64,000 nucleotides of DNA from Candidatus Woesearchaeota archaeon (GTDB lineage: Archaea > Nanobdellota > Nanobdellia > Woesearchaeales > GW2011-AR4): the NCBI GenBank assembly GCA_016180235.1, contig JACPBQ010000004.1, positions 34,940-98,939 on the forward strand. The letters are read 5' to 3'. The notes beneath the pieces are model-generated. The model saw only the letters and a program-made list of their open reading frames with translations. It was not told where the DNA came from and did no database searches. Positions 49,103 through 59,175 of this stretch are shown in pieces. Numbering within the stretch: position 1 is the stretch's first letter; every line of letters starts with the position of its first letter. A program made the position numbers and the translations under genes.

Positions 49103-49576
49103 CTATTTAATATTGGAATTTTTCACTTTATTAAGCTCTGCAACGAGGTTGTCTATTAATTCAACCGGTATAGAGATGCCTGTGGTGATTGTGTGATTGC
49201 CAAGCCTATTCTGCCTTTTTTCGTGTATGCATACAAAGTTTCCTTCCCTGTTTTTAACTGAGCTGATAGAATATTTGGCTTTGCCGCCATCATATTCATT
49301 CAAATGATTCATGGTTCCATTATGGTAATAAACATCCAAGTTTCCCCTAGATATTTTGTGGGCCTGGGCTGTGCAGCTTAGTATTTCCAGATGGTGCCAG
49401 ATTGTGGAGTACGTCATTCCTGTAGCTTCCCTTATCTGGGATATCGTAATGCCATCCTCGTTAAGGTCCAGTATTTTCTTTAGCAGGTTGCTTACATATT
49501 CTTCCTTTTCTTTAGCTGGTAAAGTCTTGAAAGCTTCCTTTTCCAAAATTTCCTTAGGCAAGTTGATATTGGCCAT
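49103..49576 (-). CDS. ArsR-like winged-helix protein with extra C-terminal domain
   Basis: GITISQIREATGMTYSTIWHHLEIL HTH. Confidence 0.8.
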   Translation of the reverse strand: MANINLPKEILEKEAFKTLPAKEKEEYVSNLLKKILDLNEDGITISQIREATGMTYSTIWHHLEILSCTAQAHKISRGNLDVYYHNGTMNHLNEYDGGKAKYSISSVKNREGNFVCIHEKRQNRLGNHTITTGISIPVELIDNLVAELNKVKNSNIK

Positions 49577-49622
49577 TTGATTGCTTATTTGAATAGTTAT
49601 TTGAATGATTTACTATATAAAT
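49575..49622 (-). promoter_or_regulatory. TATA box plus three ATTTGA(A/T)T boxes at 12-bp period overlapping the start codon
   Basis: Boxes at 49575, 49587, 49599; same arrangement at 49943, 49955, 49967 and 50535, 50547, 50559. Confidence 0.65.
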
Positions 49623-49647
49623 TTTTCTGCCAGTAAGAATCTACAAA

Positions 49648-49944
49648 TCAATATCTGTTTTCTATTTGAATAGCAAGCAGTCTTTGGAGTGTATAATAAA
49701 CATCCAAGTTTCCCCTGCTGATTTTATGGCCCTGCGCTGTGCAGCTTAGTATTTCCAGATGGTGCCAGATTGTGGAGTAAGTAAGGCCGGTTGCTTCCTT
49801 TATCTGGGAAATGGTAATGCCTTCCGGATTAAGTTCAAGTATTTTCTTAAGAAGGTTGCTTACATACTCTTCCTTCTCTTTAGCCGGCAAAGTCTTGAAT
49901 GCCTCTTTTTCCAGTTTATCACTAGGTATGTTAATCTTAGCCAT
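49648..49944 (-). CDS. Truncated tandem duplicate of 49103..49576 (wHTH domain only)
   Basis: Near-identical protein up to GNLDVYY, then an unrelated 14-aa tail; the upstream region is also duplicated. Confidence 0.75.
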   Translation of the reverse strand: MAKINIPSDKLEKEAFKTLPAKEKEEYVSNLLKKILELNPEGITISQIKEATGLTYSTIWHHLEILSCTAQGHKISRGNLDVYYTLQRLLAIQIENRY

Positions 49945-50152
49945 TTGATTGATTATTTGAATAGTTATTTGAATGATTTACTATATAAATTTTTTTATCA
50001 TAAGCCTCAACAAAAATATCCGTTTAAACCAGTACAATGTTCTGGCCCTCATTATGATTAAATAGTCAGGATTCCTCAAGCTCATTTGAATGATTTGATA
50101 TAAATGCCAAAAACCAAAAGATTTAGAAATATCATACTATTACCCTGAAAAC

Positions 50153-50449
50153 ATGATGAGGCATATTTTGGTTTTTTTGTTCATAATTGCGGTATTTGCT
50201 TTAGCCTTTGTTATGTTGCCTTCTTTAACAAGCCCAACTGGGTTTGCTGTAGCTGAGCAGGAAAACAGGAGTGAGCTGCCTGATTTCAGGCTCTATACTA
50301 AGGCTATATGCACTAATGTCTCCGGCTTTGTTGTGTGCCATGATGAGATGTTTGCCAGTTGCGGCGCATTTGAATACAGGCTGCCAAAGAACGAGGTTAA
50401 TGGGCAGGGTATATTTGATCAAGACTGGAAAGACCCAAGGAATAGGTAA
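50153..50449 (+). CDS. Small secreted or anchored protein with PTGFAV motif and Cys residues
   Basis: Hydrophobic N-terminus, SPTGFAV, TKAIC...C.DE...C, DWKDPR. Confidence 0.7.
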   Translation: MMRHILVFLFIIAVFALAFVMLPSLTSPTGFAVAEQENRSELPDFRLYTKAICTNVSGFVVCHDEMFASCGAFEYRLPKNEVNGQGIFDQDWKDPRNR

Positions 50450-50492
50450 TTTATTCTTCCTGCCAATAATTTTATTTAAATTGATACATATT

Positions 50493-50963
50493 TACTTACA
50501 TAATATAGTTTAATACTTATATAATATTAAGAACATTTGAATGAGCATTTGAATGAATATTTGAATGAATTATATTTAGCAATTTATTCGTGTTTTCTGG
50601 AAAGATCAAAAATTTTTATTGCTGCATAGGCTCATTAAATATTTCTTAAACAAATCAATTTTACTCAATTTTTTTAATTCAACAACCAAAGAAGAAAAAT
50701 ACATTAAATAATCGAAAAATTTAAATACTATCTACTTACATAATATGTTTTTAATGGTGTTTAATAGTTTAATTTCCAAAAATTATTACTTACATGATAT
50801 TTTTTTATTTACTATGCTTGGATTCGCAGCCCACCCCCAATCTATTTCTCGGCTGCGAATCCTTGGGGTGGAGCTAGTGCATAGTTCAAAGAAAAGATAA
50901 AGAGGTATAAAATGAATTTACGGATATTATACTTATATAATATAATTAATACTTACATAATAT
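50493..50963 (+). promoter_or_regulatory. Six copies of TACTTA(C/T)AT(A/G)ATAT upstream of the HTH/giant-protein operon
   Basis: Copies at 50493, 50514, 50733, 50787, 50930, 50950; TATA box near 50720. Confidence 0.65.
50820..50871 (+). other. Perfect 12-bp hairpin with CCACCCCCAA loop and adjacent complementary TTGGGGTGG
   Basis: GGATTCGCAGCC (50820-31) / GGCTGCGAATCC (50851-62). Confidence 0.6.
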
Positions 50964-50969
50964 AGATTA

Positions 50970-51488
50970 ATGCCAGAAAAAGAGGGTAGCGGAACTGAAA
51001 AAAGGCTTTTAGATACGATAAGCTATCTGAAAGAGTCTGGTTTTAGTTCTAATGAGATTATAAATTTAGTAAATAAATTGTTGAAAGTTGAAGTTAAAGA
51101 GGAAGTTAAAGTTCCTATTTCTGTCTTCAAAAATGATAAATTAGGATCTTTAGAGGCCATTGTAAAGTATTTGCGGGAAAATTTGCTTCTTTCATTCAAG
51201 CAAATTGCTTCTTTAACCGGCAGGAATGAGATTGCTTTAGCTGTTACCTACAGGAACGCAAGGAAAAAGCTAGAAAGTAAATTTGTTGTTGAGGAAATTT
51301 CCCCTTATTCCATTCCTGCTGCAATTTTACAGGACAGAAATTTCTCTGTTCTGGAAAATGTTGTTTCTTACCTAAAAGATACTTTCGGGCTTACCTACCA
51401 TAAAATCGCTGTTTTGCTGAGCAGGGATGACAGGACAATCTGGACTGTTTACCAGAGGGCAATAAAAAAGAGAAAACATGGGCAATAA
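50970..51488 (+). CDS. Tandem-HTH DNA-binding protein, paralog of 46148..46690
   Basis: VPISVF...LGSLEAIVKYLRE and IPAAIL...SVLENVVSYLKD...LSRDDRTIWTVY; overlaps the giant gene start. Confidence 0.8.
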   Translation: MPEKEGSGTEKRLLDTISYLKESGFSSNEIINLVNKLLKVEVKEEVKVPISVFKNDKLGSLEAIVKYLRENLLLSFKQIASLTGRNEIALAVTYRNARKKLESKFVVEEISPYSIPAAILQDRNFSVLENVVSYLKDTFGLTYHKIAVLLSRDDRTIWTVYQRAIKKRKHGQ

Positions 51489-54400
51489 ACGAAAAACAAA
51501 CAAAAAGGAGCTGGCTTTAACAGCCGGATTGCTGCTCTTATTATTTGCCATATCAGCCTGCAGCTTAAACAATGCAATAACAGGATTTGCGGTTTTGGAC
51601 AATACGACCAATGAAACAGAGCAAACAACAGCAACCAATGAAACAACAACCCAGGAAACAACAGAAACTCCAATAACCGATGCAACGACTGAAACAACAA
51701 TAAATGAGACAACAACGGAAATAACAAATGAAACCCAAAAAGGAAAACCGGATGATAAAGGACCTGCTGAAGAAAAAGAAGCCAACCAGCCTCCGGTGTG
51801 GAAAGCAGATGCTGACTCAATAATTATAGACGGAATAACAATAATAGACCTGAATGATTATTTCTCGGATAAGAATAATGATACCATAGGCTATGCTTTG
51901 GGAGCAGCGGAAAAAATAACTATTGAGGCTGATAATAACATGGTTACATTCAAGCCGGAAGGAAATAGCTTCAATTCGACTGTTTCGATTACAGCTTCGG
52001 ATGGGGATAAGTCAACAGCAAAAGAAGTTATACTGATAGTGCCGGAAAGAAAGATAACAATTGAACTGGAATATAAATCCGGAAGCGTTTACGACAGCAA
52101 TGATGACGGTGTTGAGGACACATACGGGATAATAGATTTAACAACTGAGAATACCGGCTTTAACTGGGAAGTTAATGAGGAAAATTTATGCACTAGATGG
52201 GAGACCTATTCTGTTGAGGATGAGGAATCAACCATTGTATGCTATGGAAGCAGCAAATGCTGCAGCTTTGTTGATTTGGCAGCCGCAAAGCCGGTATGGA
52301 ACGAACCTTTCTACTCATCATACGGGCAGTATGGAGCCACTTACAACAACATAATAAGCGCTCAGGTACTGCATGTAGATTACGGCATAAGCGCCAACGA
52401 GCCTTATGCCGAGATTTATAATTCAGAGTGGAAAGACTTAAGCGCTTCTTATTACTCTGCATTCAGCCAGTTCGAGAATGTATGCGCTGACACCTGCCTA
52501 TTAACCGGCTTTAATGAAAGCTCTTATACCTTAATATTCGAGATTGAGGGTGCTGTACTGGAGCTGGACAAGCTGATTTACACGACTGTAGAGACGATAA
52601 GCCAGGTCTTGGTCAATTTAAATGTCCAGGATAATGAAGGGGAGGAATCCGGAACCTATAATTTGTATAAAGGCAATGTTCTGGTTAATGTGGTTGATAA
52701 TTTCGTAGAGCCTGACTATTATGATATTGAGGTTATACCGGATGCCAAGGTCATTGAAAAATTATTTATTAATAATGCAAACATAACAAAACCTTTAACT
52801 GCCAATATCGGTATTGACAATGTCAGCAGGCAGCAGGAAATTGAGAATGTCGAGATTAAAAAACAATATGCCATAGACGCTTCCGGGGTTGAGTTTGAAA
52901 CAGGCACTTTGACTGCTACTGCTGAAGCCAATTCATTGTATAAATGCAAGCAGTGGGATTATGATACGGAAGTATGCTATGGCACTTGGGAAAAAATAAA
53001 GGATTTAACTGTCGGAGAAGAATATAATTTAATCTTAACAGCTGATGATCCTGGATTTGTCGAGGGCAATTTAAATGTAACAGCAATTCCAATAAACATA
53101 ACTGAGCTGGCATTATTCAAAGATATTTCAAACATTACAATAAGCAAAAATAATAATTATACCCTTGACCTGAATGAATATTTCTCAAATATAGACAATA
53201 GTACAATTTATACATACAACCAGATGAATAATATAAGCATGTTATTTGACGCTAATACAGCAACTATTGTTCCGGACAAAGGCTTCATTGGAAAGGAATT
53301 TACATTTATAACTGCTGCAAATGATGATGACTCGGCAATTTCAAATATATTCTCCATTACAGTTAGCAATATGACAATAAATATAACACCGGAAATAATC
53401 CTGGAGAAAAAAGACTTCAGGCTTGATGAGGATGTTGAAATAGACTTTGAGTATTTGGGCAAAAAAGAATTAATTAAAGAAGGAAGATGGAAAGAAGAGT
53501 ATGAAGTTTATGAAGAGGAAACGGATAAAACAGAGCAGGAATTAAAAACATTAAGAGAAAAAATTGAAGATGAAGAAAAACTGCTTTCCGAAGCAGAAAA
53601 AGCAATCAAAAAGCAAAAGAAAAAGTTCATCAAAGAAACCGAAACTATTGAAGCATTTGTAGTTGATAATGAAGGCAATTTAGAGGATATTAATATTGAA
53701 ATAGAGGAATTAAGAGAAGGCAAGTTTGACATTAAGCTGCAAAAACAAAGAGCATTCAGAGCCGGCAAATACACAATAAAACTAGAATTAGTTAAAGATG
53801 GAATAACATATACGCAGGAGCAGGACTTTACCTGGGGAGTTCTGGCCATTAACACAAATAAGTCGATTTACTTGCCGAATGAAGACTCATTTATCGGCAT
53901 TGGGGTTCTGGATGATCAAGGAAAGATTGTATGCAGTGCGGATGTAACATTAGAAATCATTAACCCATTAAACCAAAAAACAACATTAACTACTTCAAAT
54001 AATGAAATAAAAATAAGCCCGGAATGCCAAGTTTTAGGTATAACAGAATTGCCTGATTATTATACAGCTTATTCTGTTGGCGGGATTGGAACTTATTTAA
54101 TGAATTTAACTGCGATAACTTCTAATGGAGTAAGAAGCATACAGGACAATTTCTCAGTTATGCGGGAAGTTGACTTCGATGTTGCAAGAAAAGGGCCGAC
54201 AAGAGTGTATCCAGCGGTTGCATATACAATGAAGATTCCGATTAAAGCAAATAAAAATTATAATGGAATAATAAATGAATATGTGCCTTCAAGCTTTGCC
54301 ATTACGCCTCAAGATGGATTGACAGTAACAACAATTAATGACACCAATATTTTATCATGGAATGCCAATTTAAATGCCGGAGATAAGATTGAATTAAATT

Positions 54401-57400
54401 ATGAATTTGATGCCCCTGACATTTCACCAGAATTCTATTTACTAGGTCCGCTGGATATCGGAAGCTTTAAGGAAGCAAGGCAGTGGCAGATTGCGAATGA
54501 CCTGTATGGAAATGTAAAGTTTTTTGACGAGTTTGCAGACTTTACCCAATGGACGGAAAGCGGCAGCCCTCAAAATGACTGGGTTGCCATTAGAGACGCG
54601 GCAATTGCTGGAATTGTTGGCGGCGGCACTGCCTGCCCGCTAGCAGCAGCCGGCGGCTCAAATATAACCATTGCAACTAGTGTTGACTTGAGCGACTGCA
54701 CAGCAGGAACAGGTAGGGCTAATTGGACTCAAAATACAGGAACCCAAAGCGACAATATTGACTGCCTTAAGTATCAGACATCAACTGACGGAGGCGCAAC
54801 ATGGGGCACTCTTGCCACAGCAGTTTGCGACGACCCTGCCCAAACAACATTCAAAAAAGCTCAGGGCTACGAAATACCAGATGTTGATTTAGTTTCAACA
54901 TTCAAATTCAGGTTTCAATGCCAGGGCTTTACATCAGGCACTGAATTTATAAATGTCTCAATGTTCAACATAACCTGCGATGTTGCACCGCCAGACAGCA
55001 CAAAGCCAAGGATAAATGCATCTTTGGATGACTTCAGGCCCGTCAGGGGGCAGGTTGTTAATATGACGGCAAATGTTTCAGACAATCAGGCATTAAGCAC
55101 CTGCAACTTCTTTATGAACGGCACTGCTGACGGAAGCTTTATAATTTTGAATAAGACTGTTGCTGGCACAAACGACCAATGCTCCCAGAACTTCACTATT
55201 GATTTGACAGTAGGCAATGTAATTAACTTTACAGTCAAGGTTAATGACGCACAAGCAAACTTTAATTTAAGCGTTAACAGAAGCGATGGCGGCGCAGAAG
55301 TAATAGGGCAGATAATAAGGGTGAGGCAGAAAGCAGATGTTTCCGGAGGCTCATGGGACAATTTAACAGCGCAGGCTTGCAACCTGGAGGATCTTGCAGC
55401 AACTCAGGGAACTTTTGATCTTGCATGCGATACAACCTATCCCGGGACTTGCGCTACCGGAGTAAACGGAGTAAGCTGCAATGACGGCACAGAGCTGGAA
55501 ACATTTACGTCAAGCACAACTTCTAATTGGGGAGGCTTGAACATATCAGCTTACAATGACTTAATTACTGATTGCGAGGATATTGGTGTTGTAAGGCTAT
55601 GCTACGAGTGGTGGGCATCTGATACAACAATACAAAGCTGCGACATAAGCGTTGATGCTGACGGAGGAACTTCATATACTGCTGCAACAACCACTTGCCC
55701 CGGTGCTGTTGCTGATCCTGGAGTTATATGCACTGATGTAACAGCTTTAGAAACATGGGCATGCGGCAGTTTCTTTGGAGAAATAGGAACAAGGGCAATG
55801 GCAAAGGCAGCAGGTCAGAAATCAGGAGGAGGCGGCACAAGGACATTTACTGTTGACGCATTATGGTTTAATGTTACTTACAGGTCAACTGTGCTTCCGC
55901 CGGATACCACGGCTCCAGTAATCAACGGCACAATAAACAATACAGCGCCTAAATTCGGGGAGGTTATAAATGCAACCTACAACATAACCGATTCGGGAGG
56001 GGCGCTATCAACCGGAAATATATCAATAAATATAAGCGGCAATCCTGTCCAGAACTTTTCCTTCAAGCTTAGCGGCACAAAAAGGCAAATCTCCCAAAAC
56101 ATAACGATAAATTTGACAAAGGGCAATGTTATTAATATAACCGGATTTGCGCGTGACACTGCAGGCTTGATAAGCCAGAACTCCACCTTGATAACTGTTG
56201 CAAATTCACCGCCATCAACACCGGCAATAACATTCCCAAGCAATAACCAGTACTTTAACTCAAAGCCAATCTGGCTGAATGTAACTTTCCCTGCTGACGC
56301 AGACAGCGATGCAATAACAATCCAGTATTACATAAACAGCAAATTAAATGATTCAACAAGCGTAAATACAACATTCAACGGCTCTGACGGGACTTACAGG
56401 CTGAATGTTACCATATTTGACGGGGAAGAGTATACTGCAAACACATCTTATATTAACTTTACTTTGGATACCGTTTTCCCGGTTGTTAATACGACCTTGA
56501 ATAAGTCATTTGATAATATTATTTTGGGGGATGTGATTAATATAAGCGCAAATATAACAGACAGTGTTGGCTTGAGCTTCTGCCAGATAATTATAAACCA
56601 GTCCGGGCCAACTGCATTAAATATCCAGAATATTTCCCTTAATGGCGCTACAAGCGCGCAATGCTACAACATATCTTCAATCTCCCTTTCGGCTGGCAGC
56701 GTCATTAACTTCACAATAAGGGTTAATGACACATCTAATAATTTCAGGACTAATGACACGATAATTACTGTTGCTGCAACTCCGGACATAATAGCCCCAG
56801 TAATCCAGTCAACGGCAATAAACAATACTGCTCCTAAAGTAAACGAAGTTGTGCAGGTTTCTGCAAATGCCTCTGATGAAACAGCAATTTACAATGTCAT
56901 GGTTGCACACAACCTGACAGGAACTTTTGTAAATCAGACACCATCTAAGGCAGATTCCGGAGCTACTTCCATGAACCATTCCATTAATCTGACAAATACT
57001 CTTGTAAGAGGGAATGCAGTTGGCTTTGTATTTACTGCAAATGATACAACTGCAAATACTGTGCAATCTGCAACTATAACTTATACTGTGGCAGACACTA
57101 CCCCAACATTTACATTGGCAAATAATAATACTAATGCAAAAATAAATGAAGTTACGCAGTTATCGGCTATGGTGAATGACTCAGACATATTGAGCATGGT
57201 TATAGCATCTTGGAACGGGACGAATGGTGTCTGGATTAATATAAGCAATTCGACAACACTGGCAGCTGGATTAAATTACAGTGTAAATAGAAGCGTTGGC
57301 TTAGTAAGAGGAAATACAATAGGATGGCTGTTTTATGCAAATGACAGCGTTGTAAACACTTTCACAGCTTCTTCATTGAATACGTTTGTAGTTGCTGATG

Positions 57401-59175
57401 CCGCGCCGACATTCGACACTTCAATAAATGATTCTTCGTTGATAAAGGATGAAGTTGCGCGATTGTCGGCAATGGTGAATGACTCTGACACATTAAGCAT
57501 GGTTATTGCTTCCTGGAACGGGACGAATGGTGTCTGGATTAATATAAGCAATACTACTTCACTTGCCTTAGGTGTTAATTACAGCGTCAACAGGACTGTC
57601 GGATTAGGAAGGGGCAACACAATAGGATGGATGTTTTATGCGAATGACAGTGTAGTCAGCACTTTTACCGCATCATCATTAAATACAGTTGTTGTGGATG
57701 ACACAGCCCCAACATTTACTATGGCGATAAACAACACATCTCCAAATTTAAACGAGTTTGTCAGATTCTCAGCATTAGTAAATGACAGCGATGTATTGAG
57801 CATGGTTATAGCATCTTGGAACGGGACGAATGGTGTCTGGATTAATATAAGCAATTCGACAACACTGGCAGCTGGATTAAATTACAGCGTGAATAGAAGC
57901 GTTGGGCTGACATTCGGCAATACAGTAGGGTGGCTGTTCTATGCTAATGACAGTGTAGCCAATACATTTACCGCATCATCGCTGAATACTTTTGCTGTTG
58001 CTGATACAATAGCACCTACGGTAAATACATCCTTGAATAAATCCCTGTCAAGCATATTCCAGAATGATGTGATAAATTTCTCTGCAAATCTGACTGACCC
58101 CTCGGGATTGAGCTTCTGCCAAATTATAATCAACCAGAGCGGTCCCACAAACATCCATTATGAGAATATATCCCTGAATGGGGCTACAAGCGCGCAATGC
58201 TATAACGTGTCTGCAATAACCCTTACAGCTGGAAGCGTTATAAATTTCACAATAAGGGCCAATGACACTGCAGGCAATTTCAGGACCAATGATACTATCA
58301 TAACGGTTGCCTCTGCTGCCACAGCGCCGGTTGTAAGGCTTAACAATGCAAGCTTTTCGGTTGATCCTGTAGCAGGCGACAGTGTAAAGGTTTCAATTTC
58401 GTTTAATGTCACAGACGAGCAGGGCATAGGAGATATAAATGCCACCAAAGCTATAGTCAACTTTACTTTAGGCCCTCCAAGTGTTGCACAATTCAGGTTT
58501 AATATTTCTGAGCAAGGAGGAGAGTTTGGAACCTGCAGCAACCACACATTAACAGCCCCGGAGCCTGATGTAATGGTGATTAACTGCACTGTTTTAATGA
58601 GATATTACGATAATGCAAGCAGCAACTGGGTTGTCAATGTGAGTGTTCAGGATTTAGGAGGCTTAGTTGGAAGGGATGACACTGTAACCTTTACCTATAA
58701 TTCCCTGCAATCATTTTCAATTACTTCCAAGAATGTTTTAGGGGAAAAAGCAAACTTAAACTTTACCGCAAACATCAGGATAAATGATCAAGCGGCAAAA
58801 TCGCCGATTTTGATTAATAATACAGGAAACACGGACTTTTTGAAGATAAACATTACAGGAGCCGATTTACTGCAGATTGGAGGAAATGATTTCATCGGGA
58901 TAGGCAACTTTACTATAAATATAACAAACAGCAGCTCTGGACTGGGATTGATTTTAAGCAAAGCAGCGCAAGCAATACCCGGCAATGATGATACTGCAAA
59001 TGCAACCTTGCTGCACGGCCCAGGAGTTTCTGGAGATAGTGCACCATATCCGGGAGTGGCTGACTTCAAGACTAAAGGTAACATGACGCTGTTCTTCTGG
59101 GTGGATATTCCAACAGCTTTGCCCGTTGGAACTTACAATAACACCTGGAATCTGACTGTGATTGACTTGCCGTAA
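51478..59175 (+). CDS. Giant secreted surface glycoprotein (2565 aa) with Ig/cadherin-like repeats
   Basis: Signal/TM plus ITGFAV, Thr/Glu-rich linker, NQPP..., D..AP repeats, abundant N-x-S/T sequons, no C-terminal TM. Confidence 0.85.
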   Translation: MGNKRKTNKKELALTAGLLLLLFAISACSLNNAITGFAVLDNTTNETEQTTATNETTTQETTETPITDATTETTINETTTEITNETQKGKPDDKGPAEEKEANQPPVWKADADSIIIDGITIIDLNDYFSDKNNDTIGYALGAAEKITIEADNNMVTFKPEGNSFNSTVSITASDGDKSTAKEVILIVPERKITIELEYKSGSVYDSNDDGVEDTYGIIDLTTENTGFNWEVNEENLCTRWETYSVEDEESTIVCYGSSKCCSFVDLAAAKPVWNEPFYSSYGQYGATYNNIISAQVLHVDYGISANEPYAEIYNSEWKDLSASYYSAFSQFENVCADTCLLTGFNESSYTLIFEIEGAVLELDKLIYTTVETISQVLVNLNVQDNEGEESGTYNLYKGNVLVNVVDNFVEPDYYDIEVIPDAKVIEKLFINNANITKPLTANIGIDNVSRQQEIENVEIKKQYAIDASGVEFETGTLTATAEANSLYKCKQWDYDTEVCYGTWEKIKDLTVGEEYNLILTADDPGFVEGNLNVTAIPINITELALFKDISNITISKNNNYTLDLNEYFSNIDNSTIYTYNQMNNISMLFDANTATIVPDKGFIGKEFTFITAANDDDSAISNIFSITVSNMTINITPEIILEKKDFRLDEDVEIDFEYLGKKELIKEGRWKEEYEVYEEETDKTEQELKTLREKIEDEEKLLSEAEKAIKKQKKKFIKETETIEAFVVDNEGNLEDINIEIEELREGKFDIKLQKQRAFRAGKYTIKLELVKDGITYTQEQDFTWGVLAINTNKSIYLPNEDSFIGIGVLDDQGKIVCSADVTLEIINPLNQKTTLTTSNNEIKISPECQVLGITELPDYYTAYSVGGIGTYLMNLTAITSNGVRSIQDNFSVMREVDFDVARKGPTRVYPAVAYTMKIPIKANKNYNGIINEYVPSSFAITPQDGLTVTTINDTNILSWNANLNAGDKIELNYEFDAPDISPEFYLLGPLDIGSFKEARQWQIANDLYGNVKFFDEFADFTQWTESGSPQNDWVAIRDAAIAGIVGGGTACPLAAAGGSNITIATSVDLSDCTAGTGRANWTQNTGTQSDNIDCLKYQTSTDGGATWGTLATAVCDDPAQTTFKKAQGYEIPDVDLVSTFKFRFQCQGFTSGTEFINVSMFNITCDVAPPDSTKPRINASLDDFRPVRGQVVNMTANVSDNQALSTCNFFMNGTADGSFIILNKTVAGTNDQCSQNFTIDLTVGNVINFTVKVNDAQANFNLSVNRSDGGAEVIGQIIRVRQKADVSGGSWDNLTAQACNLEDLAATQGTFDLACDTTYPGTCATGVNGVSCNDGTELETFTSSTTSNWGGLNISAYNDLITDCEDIGVVRLCYEWWASDTTIQSCDISVDADGGTSYTAATTTCPGAVADPGVICTDVTALETWACGSFFGEIGTRAMAKAAGQKSGGGGTRTFTVDALWFNVTYRSTVLPPDTTAPVINGTINNTAPKFGEVINATYNITDSGGALSTGNISINISGNPVQNFSFKLSGTKRQISQNITINLTKGNVINITGFARDTAGLISQNSTLITVANSPPSTPAITFPSNNQYFNSKPIWLNVTFPADADSDAITIQYYINSKLNDSTSVNTTFNGSDGTYRLNVTIFDGEEYTANTSYINFTLDTVFPVVNTTLNKSFDNIILGDVINISANITDSVGLSFCQIIINQSGPTALNIQNISLNGATSAQCYNISSISLSAGSVINFTIRVNDTSNNFRTNDTIITVAATPDIIAPVIQSTAINNTAPKVNEVVQVSANASDETAIYNVMVAHNLTGTFVNQTPSKADSGATSMNHSINLTNTLVRGNAVGFVFTANDTTANTVQSATITYTVADTTPTFTLANNNTNAKINEVTQLSAMVNDSDILSMVIASWNGTNGVWINISNSTTLAAGLNYSVNRSVGLVRGNTIGWLFYANDSVVNTFTASSLNTFVVADAAPTFDTSINDSSLIKDEVARLSAMVNDSDTLSMVIASWNGTNGVWINISNTTSLALGVNYSVNRTVGLGRGNTIGWMFYANDSVVSTFTASSLNTVVVDDTAPTFTMAINNTSPNLNEFVRFSALVNDSDVLSMVIASWNGTNGVWINISNSTTLAAGLNYSVNRSVGLTFGNTVGWLFYANDSVANTFTASSLNTFAVADTIAPTVNTSLNKSLSSIFQNDVINFSANLTDPSGLSFCQIIINQSGPTNIHYENISLNGATSAQCYNVSAITLTAGSVINFTIRANDTAGNFRTNDTIITVASAATAPVVRLNNASFSVDPVAGDSVKVSISFNVTDEQGIGDINATKAIVNFTLGPPSVAQFRFNISEQGGEFGTCSNHTLTAPEPDVMVINCTVLMRYYDNASSNWVVNVSVQDLGGLVGRDDTVTFTYNSLQSFSITSKNVLGEKANLNFTANIRINDQAAKSPILINNTGNTDFLKINITGADLLQIGGNDFIGIGNFTINITNSSSGLGLILSKAAQAIPGNDDTANATLLHGPGVSGDSAPYPGVADFKTKGNMTLFFWVDIPTALPVGTYNNTWNLTVIDLP
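56460..58320 (+). repeat. Intragenic ~100-aa domain repeats (three at 303-bp spacing, bracketed by two copies of a second type)
   Basis: LSMVIASWNGTNGVWINISN x3; LSFCQIIINQSGPT...SAQCYN x2; 57188..57281 identical to 57794..57887. Confidence 0.85.

Noticed and set aside
50450-50970. Replication origin (AT-rich with iterated boxes)
   Set aside because: No cdc6/orc1 nearby and no ORB-like G-string boxes; the repeats are better explained as operators of the adjacent HTH genes. Not strictly excluded.
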